In this document: positions 56,157 to 64,000 of the stretch, piece by piece
Layout of the letters: each line of letters starts with the position of its first letter
How positions within the stretch are numbered: position 1 is the first letter of the stretch
IMG/VR virus record: IMGVR_UViG_3300046744_000223
Coordinates: 32,001 to 96,000 of that record
DNA length: 64,000 bases
Strand: one strand, 5' to 3'
Source: a virus
The notes under the pieces: generated by a model
Told to the model about the DNA's origin: nothing
Databases searched by the model: none
The model's input: only the letters and a program-made list of their open reading frames with translations
Position numbers and translations under genes: made by a program

Positions 56157-57723
56157 TATCCTCTACCTCATTGACAATCATACATTCCGTGGTTAGTAAT
56201 GTAGATGCTACTGAGACAGCTTTTTCAAGTGCGGTTCGTGTTACTTTGGTTGGGTCAATTACACCCACTTCTAACATATCACACCATTGTTCAGTCACTA
56301 CATTATAACCATAAGTAGTTTGAGTTTCACCTTCTGGTGTATAAGTTAAACCTGCATTTTCTAAAATAGAATTAAAAGGTGAGTAACAGGCAGAACATAC
56401 AATATTGAATCCAGTTTCTTGGTCGGCTGATAATCTATCAACACCCATATGTATTCTATCACTTGCATGGATTAGAGCCGAACCCCCACCTGGCACAATA
56501 CCTTCTTCAACTGCAGCTTTTGTAGCAAGTAGAGCATCATCAATTCTATCTTTCTTTTCCTTCATCTCGATTTCAGATTCAGCACCTACTCTGAGAACTG
56601 CAACACCACCACTTAATTTAGATAATCGTTTGTGTAGTTTTTCTTTCTCATAGTCTGAACTTGATTCTTCGATTTCATTCTTGATTTGGTCAATACGGAG
56701 TTTGATATCATCCGATTCACCAGCACCACCAATGATTACTGATTTAGATTTACTAACCACTACTTTGTCAGCTGACCCTAAGTCATCCATTGTGATATCT
56801 TCCAACTCTTTACCAACACCACCAAACAAAGTAGCGCCGGTTAGAGCAGACATATCTCTCAACATCTCACTACGTTCGTTACCGAAGCCAGGTGCTTTGA
56901 TAGCAACACATTTTAAGGTTTGACGTGCTGAATTAACTACCATTGTAGCTAGCGCTTGCCCATCGACTTCTTGAGCAATTACTACAATTGCCTGATTCTT
57001 ACTTGATACACCCTCAAGGATACCAACGATGTCATCCATTTCTGAAATACGACCATCGTACATAAGAATCATAGGGTCTTCTAATTCAGAAGTCAATTTG
57101 GTTTGATTGTTAATGAAATAATGTGATAGGTATCCTTGTTCAAATTCCAATCCCTCTACAATAGTCAGTTCGTCATCACTTGAATTGCCCTCTTCAACAG
57201 TAATTACCCCATCACGACCAACTTGGTCCATTGCATCGGCAATCATAGAACCAATCACCGAATCACCATTTGCTGAGATTGTTGCTACCTGTTTGATTTG
57301 GTCGTTAGTTTCTACTTTAGTTGAAATGGTTTCAACAAGATTATTAACAATACCTTTTACTGCAGTATCCATCCCACGTTTCAATTCAATTGGGTTAGCT
57401 CCCTTTTCAATTGCATCCATACCTTTTTTAAAGATATCACGTGCAAGTACAGTTGAGGTAGTTGTCCCATCACCTGCGTTGTCAGCAGTTTGTTGAGATG
57501 CTTCTTTGATTACCTTAGCACCCAAGTTTTTGGTTGGGTCTGTAAATTCAATAGACTTAGCTACTGTAACCCCATCCTTTGTAATATGTGGTGTTGTATC
57601 AGTTTCAATAATCACGTTACGACCACGTGGTCCTAATGTAACTACAACTGCATCTGCTAATGCATCTACACCTTCTAAGAGTTTCTCTCTCGATGTCTTT
57701 CCGTAAAATACTTCTTTACCCAT
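56140..57723 (-). CDS. groL: Chaperonin GroEL
   Basis: VTLGPRGRNV, ITKDGVTVA, AGDGTTT, KAPGFG, GIVPGGG, IDPTKVTR; lacks the GGM tail. Confidence 0.97.
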   Translation of the reverse strand: MGKEVFYGKTSREKLLEGVDALADAVVVTLGPRGRNVIIETDTTPHITKDGVTVAKSIEFTDPTKNLGAKVIKEASQQTADNAGDGTTTSTVLARDIFKKGMDAIEKGANPIELKRGMDTAVKGIVNNLVETISTKVETNDQIKQVATISANGDSVIGSMIADAMDQVGRDGVITVEEGNSSDDELTIVEGLEFEQGYLSHYFINNQTKLTSELEDPMILMYDGRISEMDDIVGILEGVSSKNQAIVVIAQEVDGQALATMVVNSARQTLKCVAIKAPGFGNERSEMLRDMSALTGATLFGGVGKELEDITMDDLGSADKVVVSKSKSVIIGGAGESDDIKLRIDQIKNEIEESSSDYEKEKLHKRLSKLSGGVAVLRVGAESEIEMKEKKDRIDDALLATKAAVEEGIVPGGGSALIHASDRIHMGVDRLSADQETGFNIVCSACYSPFNSILENAGLTYTPEGETQTTYGYNVVTEQWCDMLEVGVIDPTKVTRTALEKAVSVASTLLTTECMIVNEVEDSESEA

Positions 57724-57726
57724 AAC

Positions 57727-58335
57727 TTATTTGTCCTTCTTTTTTTGTTTTTTTCTTGCTTTTCTAATTTGTTCAGCTCTCCACTCAGGCTGTCTGCCTC
57801 TGATATTACCTCGGAGGTTGTGATAACAATTGTAACATAAAAATCTTATATTTTCAAGTTTATGATTTGTCCAATCATCATCCATGTGGTCTAATACTAA
57901 TGGAACGTTTCCATCCGTAATTCTACTTTCACTATACCCACAATTATGACATTCATGTGGGAACTCTGGCATATTATCTGCGTTATTGATTAATCTCTTC
58001 TTTAAGAAATGTACACCATAATCAGGATATTTACCATCCAAAATGTCTTGAAGCGCATATCTACCTTTTGAAACATTATATGGCTTCTTTACACCTTCAC
58101 CTTTTTGGTTCTTATGTAGTTCATACAAAGTTTTACCAGTATCATCGTCTTTGTATAATTTGGAATATTTCTGATAAGTAGTAAATGATACATTAAGGAA
58201 TCTTGCAGCAGATGAGTTAGATTTGGAGTTCTTCATCGCATAACGGATTTGAGCTTCAGTAAGGTTAAGTGGAGTTCTTCCTTTACCTAAAACATAACCA
58301 TTTGGAAGTTTTGTTCCTTTTTTGTAACTACTCAT
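57727..58335 (-). CDS. HNH endonuclease (free-standing, homing-type)
   Basis: CHNCG...LVLDHMDDDWTNHKLENIRFLCYNCYH; N-terminal HTH-like segment. Confidence 0.85.
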   Translation of the reverse strand: MSSYKKGTKLPNGYVLGKGRTPLNLTEAQIRYAMKNSKSNSSAARFLNVSFTTYQKYSKLYKDDDTGKTLYELHKNQKGEGVKKPYNVSKGRYALQDILDGKYPDYGVHFLKKRLINNADNMPEFPHECHNCGYSESRITDGNVPLVLDHMDDDWTNHKLENIRFLCYNCYHNLRGNIRGRQPEWRAEQIRKARKKQKKKDK

Positions 58336-58358
58336 TTGTTTCCATTTTTATATAAGTA

Positions 58359-58577
58359 TCATTGAGAATACTTATTAATCAACCTTTGTAAAAATTGAAG
58401 GTCTCTTCTTCTTAGTAATTGGCGATTTTGTTGAACTCTATCTGTAAGAGTTAGTAACTTACGTTTCTCGTTATAGGCAGTTATACCTTTTATATGAATT
58501 GGATTCGAGTATACGATTTCAGTAACTTCATTTAGAATCAACGTGTGTCTAACGAGTTCACTTTTTACTATTTCCAT
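58359..58577 (-). CDS. Hypothetical protein
   Basis: ORF track. Confidence 0.5.
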   Translation of the reverse strand: MEIVKSELVRHTLILNEVTEIVYSNPIHIKGITAYNEKRKLLTLTDRVQQNRQLLRRRDLQFLQRLINKYSQ

Positions 58578-58912
58578 AAGATTTGTATTGATACTATTGT
58601 AATTGCCAGAATTAATGATATAAGTGTTTTTAGAGTAATACCCTCATTCATAAAATACCAAGTTAGAAATGTGAATCCAAATATACCACTACCAAAAGCA
58701 ATAAACCTACCAGGCCACAATGCACCATCATAATACTCAGCTATCATACGAGTAGCCATAATAAATATGTAACTTATACCCGTACCAGCCACGATGGACA
58801 CTATCAGTGGGTTTTTTTTAAACCATGGCCATACGAATTGTCCGTTGGTTTGAAACCATATTAACGATTGTCCTATTATAAATAGAAGTGTTCCTATTAA
58901 TAGATTTCTCAT
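58568..58912 (-). CDS. Four-TM membrane protein (SMR/DMT-like topology)
   Basis: Four hydrophobic helices in 114 aa. Confidence 0.65.
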   Translation of the reverse strand: MRNLLIGTLLFIIGQSLIWFQTNGQFVWPWFKKNPLIVSIVAGTGISYIFIMATRMIAEYYDGALWPGRFIAFGSGIFGFTFLTWYFMNEGITLKTLISLILAITIVSIQILWK

Positions 58913-59055
58913 CCCTCATCTAAACCTTCAGTATTATCGTATGCGTTTGGTGATGGCATTCCCGAGTAGTAACACCATTCCCCAAAACCCTCTTCTTGAT
59001 AATCATCATCAAATCCTTGATTGTCTGGATGTAATAGGTCAATACCCTTTGACAT
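58909..59055 (-). CDS. Small acidic protein (48 aa)
   Basis: Manual translation contains WCYYSGMPSPNAY; ATGA overlap with the next gene. Confidence 0.45.
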   Translation of the reverse strand: MSKGIDLLHPDNQGFDDDYQEEGFGEWCYYSGMPSPNAYDNTEGLDEG

Positions 59056-59080
59056 TTCGTCATCAATCCAACGTTTAATC

Positions 59081-59365
59081 TTACTCATTGATTACCATTA
59101 GAATTTCTTGTTCACGATACATATTGTACTTCTCACCATCCAACTTCATTTGGATACCAGTATTTGGTACAATTACTCTATCACCTACATTTAAAACCAT
59201 AGGTATCAATGTACCATTGGCTGTGTAGATACCATTTCCAACTGATATTACTTCACCATGCATTTGTTCTTTAGAGTCTGATGGTTTGTAGAGTCCACCT
59301 TTAGTTTTCTCTTCTTCTTTGATAGTTTTGACTAACACATAGTCATTCAAAGGTTGATACTTCAT
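59081..59365 (-). CDS. groS: Co-chaperonin GroES
   Basis: PLNDYVLV, KTKGGL, GEVISVGNG, VGDRV, REQEIL; start ATG 59365. Confidence 0.93.
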   Translation of the reverse strand: MKYQPLNDYVLVKTIKEEEKTKGGLYKPSDSKEQMHGEVISVGNGIYTANGTLIPMVLNVGDRVIVPNTGIQMKLDGEKYNMYREQEILMVINE

Positions 59366-59412
59366 AACTTGTTTTCCTTTATTATTTACTAATATACAAA
59401 ATAAATCTGAGA

Positions 59413-59748
59413 TTACCAAAACTTTTCACCATTAACAAATGACTTTTGGTTAGATATAGCTTTCTTCAATTCAGATTTATTAACTTTTTTCTTAGTGGTA
59501 TGTTTATTCTTTAAACTCACCACCTTTTTAGATACTACCTTACGTTTAATACCAAAGTGTTTCTCATTATACATATCAATTAAACCTTGACCACCCATAC
59601 CCATTGCAATAATATTGGTATCATCTGGTAAGTATTTAGTTGAACGAACGTTATTAACTTTATCAATATGGTCATCGAATATATCCATTTTTGGCTTTCT
59701 ACACCGCTTTGGTATATGTACAACTATTGTTTTTAAGTTATCTCTCAT
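59413..59748 (-). CDS. Hypothetical basic protein
   Basis: ORF track. Confidence 0.55.
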   Translation of the reverse strand: MRDNLKTIVVHIPKRCRKPKMDIFDDHIDKVNNVRSTKYLPDDTNIIAMGMGGQGLIDMYNEKHFGIKRKVVSKKVVSLKNKHTTKKKVNKSELKKAISNQKSFVNGEKFW

Positions 59749-59984
59749 TACTTCATATTATTACTAAGTATCTCCTTTAGTGCCCATAAATCGTTTAGTG
59801 ACCGGAATCTGACATCTGTATCAATTATCTCGACATACATTCCTTTAGAATTCCACTCATCTGATGGATTTGTAATTAATTCAATACCATTCCATGTTGA
59901 TTCATAGTAATACCAGTCCCCAACATCCGAATCATACTCATCAAATCTATCAAATCCAAGCTCTATTAAATCTTCTTTAGTCAT
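59748..59984 (-). CDS. Hypothetical protein
   Basis: MTKEDLIELGF motif. Confidence 0.6.
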   Translation of the reverse strand: MTKEDLIELGFDRFDEYDSDVGDWYYYESTWNGIELITNPSDEWNSKGMYVEIIDTDVRFRSLNDLWALKEILSNNMK

Positions 59985-60085
59985 CCATTCTCCTTATCGT
60001 GAAGATACGATAATACACGTATCATACCATAAGTAGTAGAACCACCAAGTATTCCGATAAGTAATAGTAATAACCAATCCATAGT

Positions 60086-60274
60086 TTAGTCCATTTCATC
60101 TTTAGGGAACCTACTATAATTGCCCATCCCATCATAATCAGATGGGTTAGGTTGATTATGTCTTTGGTAGTAATCTTCTTCTTGCTTTTTAGAACCATTA
60201 TTAATGTTCCAAATAGTAAAGTACATATACAATACAAAAATTACAAAACCTACAAAATACATTGAAAAGCTCAT
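60086..60274 (-). CDS. Small membrane protein
   Basis: N-terminal TM; DYDGMGNYSRF. Confidence 0.6.
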   Translation of the reverse strand: MSFSMYFVGFVIFVLYMYFTIWNINNGSKKQEEDYYQRHNQPNPSDYDGMGNYSRFPKDEMD

Positions 60275-60474
60275 AACTATTGTATTTCCGTGTTCTTAAT
60301 TTTGTCTATTAGTAGATAGAATAGGATTAAGGTACTTGGCCAGTGTGAAGAGTATTGTGCTTCTTCAGTACGACCCATCGAACCTAACGCTACTGAATAG
60401 AGTAATGCGATTAATGCGATTAGGGCTGGTGCCCATTTGGCTAACTTTTTCATATATTTATTTGTTTTTAAGTT

Positions 60475-60828
60475 TTATAGTCCGTAACCTTCAATACCAT
60501 TGTTTTTCTGAACCTCGATAGCCGTAGCACGTTTCTCGTTCGGGTTCTTAGTACTTGTATTGTTGATTAAAATACGCTCACTACGACCAATACCCATTAC
60601 CAATTGGTGAAATGGAATTCCTAACAAGTCCATCTCTTGGATGGTAGTGTCTCTTAGTTCTTCTGGACGTGCAGTAGTCAACACAATGTGGTGACCTTCT
60701 TTGAACATCTTAGTTAGAATCTCAACAGCGCCAGGTAGTGCTTTGGAAGTGAACGGGTCAATATTTTCGAATTGTACTTGGTGAACTAAAGTCCCATCAA
60801 TATCGCTGAAAATAGTTTTTTGTTTCAT
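60475..60828 (-). CDS. HAD-superfamily phosphatase
   Basis: FSDIDGTL, LTTAR, L.MG...R.LINN. Confidence 0.8.
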   Translation of the reverse strand: MKQKTIFSDIDGTLVHQVQFENIDPFTSKALPGAVEILTKMFKEGHHIVLTTARPEELRDTTIQEMDLLGIPFHQLVMGIGRSERILINNTSTKNPNEKRATAIEVQKNNGIEGYGL

Positions 60829-60895
60829 GTTTATTATCTCTCTCTCTTATTACAGGTGTAATATACGAAATATATTCGACATACACAAGTTTTTA

Positions 60896-60912
60896 TGTTA
60901 ATTTATTGTTAA
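60896..60912 (-). promoter_or_regulatory. TTAACA-N5-TTAACA box (inside the 3' end of the SWIM gene)
   Basis: 6 bp upstream of -33 CTTG. Confidence 0.65.
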
Positions 60913-61089
60913 GTTTGACATCTTTTCTGATAGTCGTTTCATATGTTTACAAGGGGTGTATCTACGGAACTCACGTGCCGGACACTCACAATCTACAATC
61001 TTCCAGTTCTCAACTGATACATTGTAGTATTTTAATTTCTTGGTCTTCTTATCACGAGACCCCATTTCTCTATACTGCCACTTCTTCAC
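60898..61089 (-). CDS. SWIM zinc-finger protein
   Basis: CECPA...PCKHM. Confidence 0.75.
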   Translation of the reverse strand: MKKWQYREMGSRDKKTKKLKYYNVSVENWKIVDCECPAREFRRYTPCKHMKRLSEKMSNLTIN

Positions 61090-61378
61090 CTTCTGTTCGA
61101 ATTAGTTCATACAAAGATTCCGTACTCAAAACTGATGGTTCACTCCATTTAAGTTCGTGGTCACGATACTCAAACTTCTCAGCAATAGTTGATTGAGCAT
61201 CAACCAACTTTGTTAGATGTTCTTCTAACTTATCAGAATACAACAACACATCCGAATCGACATCGATTTGGAAATCATGCCCACCTTTGGGTTTCCAATG
61301 TGGAACTTCGCCGAAGCCTTCCGGACCTACGTTATAGTTTTCGTAATACTGACAACCAATTATTATTTTACAATCCAT
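61070..61378 (-). CDS. Hypothetical phage protein
   Basis: QYYENY...HWKPKGG. Confidence 0.65.
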   Translation of the reverse strand: MDCKIIIGCQYYENYNVGPEGFGEVPHWKPKGGHDFQIDVDSDVLLYSDKLEEHLTKLVDAQSTIAEKFEYRDHELKWSEPSVLSTESLYELIRTEGEEVAV

Positions 61379-61381
61379 ATT

Positions 61382-61564
61382 TTATTTTTTAATACCTAAT
61401 GCGAATAAAACACCACCGAAAAACCCTAAGAATGCAAATCCCATTTCGTTTAAGGGGTCTTGGAAGTGAACGTAGTTTTGAATGTTACCATTAAGTGTTA
61501 ATACACCCAAACTTAAAAACATTAAAGAAGCAACTAAAAACTTAAAATCAATTTTATTTATCAT
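61382..61564 (-). CDS. Small two-TM membrane protein
   Basis: Hydrophobic; follows GAGAGAT leader. Confidence 0.55.
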   Translation of the reverse strand: MINKIDFKFLVASLMFLSLGVLTLNGNIQNYVHFQDPLNEMGFAFLGFFGGVLFALGIKK

Positions 61565-61622
61565 ATCTCTCATTATTACAATACTAATATAGTGATTATT
61601 TAGTCAACCACCAAACTTTTAA

Positions 61623-61639
61623 TGTTAAGAAATTGTTAA
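61623..61639 (-). promoter_or_regulatory. TTAACA-N5-TTAACA box
   Basis: 7 bp upstream of -33 TTTG. Confidence 0.7.
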
Positions 61640-62181
61640 AGTTGAGCCACTGCTCTTTCAACAATCTTTTTGTTAGAAACGTATTGTGTAGTATCCTCAA
61701 GAGTTCTACCAAGATTCGTTACCTCATTGACAATCCACTCAACTGTTCCGAATCGTGGTGTGTTACTAACGTGGGTGTATTTACATCCACCCTCAATGTG
61801 GTTTCCGTTGTCGGTTTCGTAACTTGCGTTTCGAGTTTCGTACATATCAATCATACCATTGAAACTACCATACTTGAACATCTCAACGAAGTCTTTGATT
61901 TTCTTAAAGTCTTCTTGTGGAATTGGTGACCCATCTTTCATAGTCACATAAACATTTAGTGAGTTACCCATACTAAAGTGTTCTGCTTTGACCTTACAAA
62001 GGTAGTTCTTGTTGATGGTCTTAACGTATTGTTTAGTCATCTGACCACCCTCAGTTGGCCCAATATTCAAATACTTACTACCTTCGTTCTCACCATAGGT
62101 GTAAGTTCTTAGAGCAGTCTTACGAACGTTGTAACGGACTCCTTGGAAGTCAACTTGGATGTTTGGATTTTCTTTCTTCAT
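61636..62181 (-). CDS. LPD29-like (large polyvalent protein-associated) domain protein
   Basis: FSMGNSLNV...F.YGSFNGMIDMYE. Confidence 0.6.
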   Translation of the reverse strand: MKKENPNIQVDFQGVRYNVRKTALRTYTYGENEGSKYLNIGPTEGGQMTKQYVKTINKNYLCKVKAEHFSMGNSLNVYVTMKDGSPIPQEDFKKIKDFVEMFKYGSFNGMIDMYETRNASYETDNGNHIEGGCKYTHVSNTPRFGTVEWIVNEVTNLGRTLEDTTQYVSNKKIVERAVAQL

Positions 62182-62248
62182 AACTTTTATATCTCTTATT
62201 ATTACAGTACTAATATAGTGATAATTTTTGATATCACCAAATGTTTAA

Positions 62249-62265
62249 TGTTAAGAAATTGTTAA
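62249..62265 (-). promoter_or_regulatory. TTAACA-N5-TTAACA box
   Basis: 7 bp upstream of -33 TTTG. Confidence 0.7.
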
Positions 62266-62492
62266 GCTTTCAACCACATCTCGTAGATGGTGGTGTAACT
62301 TAATCGAAGTTGTTTTGCCAACTCTTGAAACACTCGTTCTCTGACAACAGTATCGGAGATTCCAAGAAAGTCGTAGACAGAACGTTTGGTTTGTAACATC
62401 CAAAGTAACCCAACGAAGGTTGAGTTCTCGTTAATCTCATTACCCAACTCATCACTTGGGTAGTTGTCTAAGTAAAATTCTTTAATTGTCAT
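62262..62492 (-). CDS. Hypothetical phage protein
   Basis: YPSDELG.EIN...DTVVRERVF..LA......Y..IY..WL. Confidence 0.65.
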   Translation of the reverse strand: MTIKEFYLDNYPSDELGNEINENSTFVGLLWMLQTKRSVYDFLGISDTVVRERVFQELAKQLRLSYTTIYEMWLKA

Positions 62493-62559
62493 AAGCTTTA
62501 TCTCTCTCATTATTACATAGTAAATATAGTGAAAAAGTAGTAGTTACACAAGCTTTTAA

Positions 62560-62576
62560 TGTTAAGAAATTGTTAA
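62560..62576 (-). promoter_or_regulatory. TTAACA-N5-TTAACA box
   Basis: 7 bp upstream of -33 CTTG. Confidence 0.7.
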
Positions 62577-63220
62577 ATTTTTGTTGGGAAAGTTTTGACT
62601 GACCTGATGTTTGCGTCAGTCTTTGGACTACAATCCCAAATGTGGTCGTAGTTATCCCACTTACCATATCCTAAATTATCATAGTCTTGCCTGAATCTAT
62701 CATATACCAACTCTCTGAGTTCTTCCTCATCCCAAGTTGTACCCAATGGTATTTGTGTGGGTCTTCGATTACTACGAGTGAACTTAATCTCCATATCATC
62801 ATCCACGAATGGAAGTTTACGAAGGTCGTCTTCTACTGATTCCGCGTGAATGATATAGTCAATTGGGTAATCTGATATAATTCTCCACTCGGACCAAGCC
62901 ATGCACCTCTCATCAGTAACACCCTTGAGTGCTGTTAATGGGTCTGGTGTATTGGGTTTTAATTCGGTAGTGTCGTTTAGGTCATGCTTCCAATACGAAA
63001 TCCACCTATAATATGGATGTCTGACATTAGCGATGTATAGGTAGTCACTCGGACATTCATCGGGCCATCCTTGAGTATGAGTGAATATCATATCAGGATT
63101 GTCTTTATTTGGTAGGTGAGGATTTAGGTCTGAGTGTTCTCTAAAGAAATCTGCAGTTGCCCTACTTGCTACCTTGAATGGCGCAACCCATACAAACTTA
63201 TGTTTATGTGAGTAGTTCAC
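62573..63220 (-). CDS. Sulfotransferase family 2-like protein
   Basis: 5'-PSB-like FKVASRA; 3'-PB VRHPYYRWISYW; Y..F.QDYDNLGY. Confidence 0.75.
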   Translation of the reverse strand: MNYSHKHKFVWVAPFKVASRATADFFREHSDLNPHLPNKDNPDMIFTHTQGWPDECPSDYLYIANVRHPYYRWISYWKHDLNDTTELKPNTPDPLTALKGVTDERCMAWSEWRIISDYPIDYIIHAESVEDDLRKLPFVDDDMEIKFTRSNRRPTQIPLGTTWDEEELRELVYDRFRQDYDNLGYGKWDNYDHIWDCSPKTDANIRSVKTFPTKI

Positions 63221-63804
63221 TAATATTCAGTATTGAAAAAGAATGTCTGAAATAATCTACCATCTTCTTTGTTAGTACCAAAGTAGTCTAATGATATATG
63301 AAACAAATCACCTCTATATAACACTAATCTATTATATTTATTAGCAATTCTATCTGTCATTTCCCACTTTGTCATATCTTGGGAATCCTTGTAGACTACA
63401 TTAAGTAGTTCATCGTCAATTGTACCATCTGATAACTTAGGTGACATTTCCAATCCAGTCTCTTTGTGTCTAAACAATCCAGTTCCACCACTTAATGGTG
63501 CATTTGGTGTAAGATATACTAATGCAGCCCACGTTGTTGTTTGGTCAGCATGAACCCAAGAGCGGTCTCTTTGAGTAGTATATTGATACGCGCCATTATA
63601 TTCATCGGTTGCCCAATATGTAATTTCACCTACCGTGGGTCGTATTAGTGAATTTATGTATTCCTTGATAGTATCGTTAGCAAATGACTTTGTTCTGTTG
63701 CCCGGATAATTACCGGTGATACCAAATTCTTGAGATAATGCAAAGGCTCTTACATCATCTACATTCGTATAAAAATCATCTACGATTAATGAATTTACTC
63801 TCAT
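63220..63804 (-). CDS. 2OG-Fe(II) oxygenase-like (DUF6445)
   Basis: IVDDFY, YPG.R, WVHAD, YLTP..P..GGT, YNRLVLY....FH, RLFQTFF. Confidence 0.82.
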   Translation of the reverse strand: MRVNSLIVDDFYTNVDDVRAFALSQEFGITGNYPGNRTKSFANDTIKEYINSLIRPTVGEITYWATDEYNGAYQYTTQRDRSWVHADQTTTWAALVYLTPNAPLSGGTGLFRHKETGLEMSPKLSDGTIDDELLNVVYKDSQDMTKWEMTDRIANKYNRLVLYRGDLFHISLDYFGTNKEDGRLFQTFFFNTEY

Positions 63805-63822
63805 AACTTATTTTTAGTTTTA

Positions 63823-64000
63823 TTACATATTTTTAGAAATGACTTCAGGAGCGTTATCTTTTATCCAATCAAATAGTTTGCTTTTCCAAACTTTTTCTGG
63901 TAAGATTGAACCACCTGCTTTTTTGACTGGAAGTGCAAGGAATCCTTTTACAGCACCCTTGATTGTTTTACCATCCCCATCCGTATAGAATACAGTATGT
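63823..64000 (-). CDS. Hypothetical protein, C-terminal fragment
   Basis: Open frame from the window end to TAA at 63823. Confidence 0.5.
   Translation of the reverse strand, partial: HTVFYTDGDGKTIKGAVKGFLALPVKKAGGSILPEKVWKSKLFDWIKDNAPEVISKNM

Noticed and set aside
5311-60237. Alternate-frame minus ORFs (5311, 7248, 7950, 10598, 11099, 16678, 33073, 34826, 60022, 62482)
   Set aside because: They are nested in or heavily overlap better-supported genes or promoters.
1750-61929. All plus-strand ORFs in the track
   Set aside because: They lie antisense to longer, motif-bearing minus-strand genes or tRNAs and have shadow-ORF composition (S/I/P-rich) with no recognisable domains.
33536-62576. 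TTAACA-repeat elements as a CRISPR array
   Set aside because: They are dispersed, separated by whole genes rather than 30-40-bp spacers, and each coincides with a promoter; no cas genes are present.
1-64000. Stop-codon reassignment (alternative genetic code)
   Set aside because: Long conserved genes are intact in code 11, TAA/TAG/TGA all terminate genes, and no suppressor tRNA is seen.

Overview
This window is 64 kb of a large, AT-rich myovirus (jumbo-phage-like) genome. Essentially all genes are on the minus strand and use the standard genetic code. The host is most likely Bacteroidota, based on TTTG-N19-21-TAnnTTTG-type promoters, a DUF4494-like gene and a T9SS-cargo-like protein. From left to right it holds: a partial large virion protein; a fused Mre11-Rad50 (SbcDC), primase and endonuclease I; a baseplate/tail module; a gp55-like sigma factor, HD hydrolase, ClpP, UvsE and Hsp20; a MoxR ATPase with a VWA/HEXXH partner; a thioesterase, HIGH nucleotidyltransferase and APS kinase; a tRNA cluster; GT25, FkbM and ThyA; many small ORFs around a mostly non-coding control island (about 47.3-49.0 kb); Nudix, secreted and outer-membrane proteins, and a nuclease; DnaJ, GroEL, HNH and GroES; and a sulfotransferase and 2OG-Fe oxygenase. 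Three observations stand out. (1) Two paralogous non-canonical tRNA-Gly(TCC)-like RNAs have covarying stems, keep the GlyRS identity elements and share replacements at U8/A14/G18/U33/T54/U55/A58; they sit next to a normal tRNA-Gly under their own promoter. (2) Eleven promoters carry TTAACA-N5-TTAACA at a fixed 7 bp (6 in one) from the -33 box, often overlapping the upstream stop codon. (3) An untranscribed island carries paired DnaA-box dyads, 19-20-bp periodic motifs and MraZ-like repeats. All functional calls come from motif recognition by eye; no searches were run.
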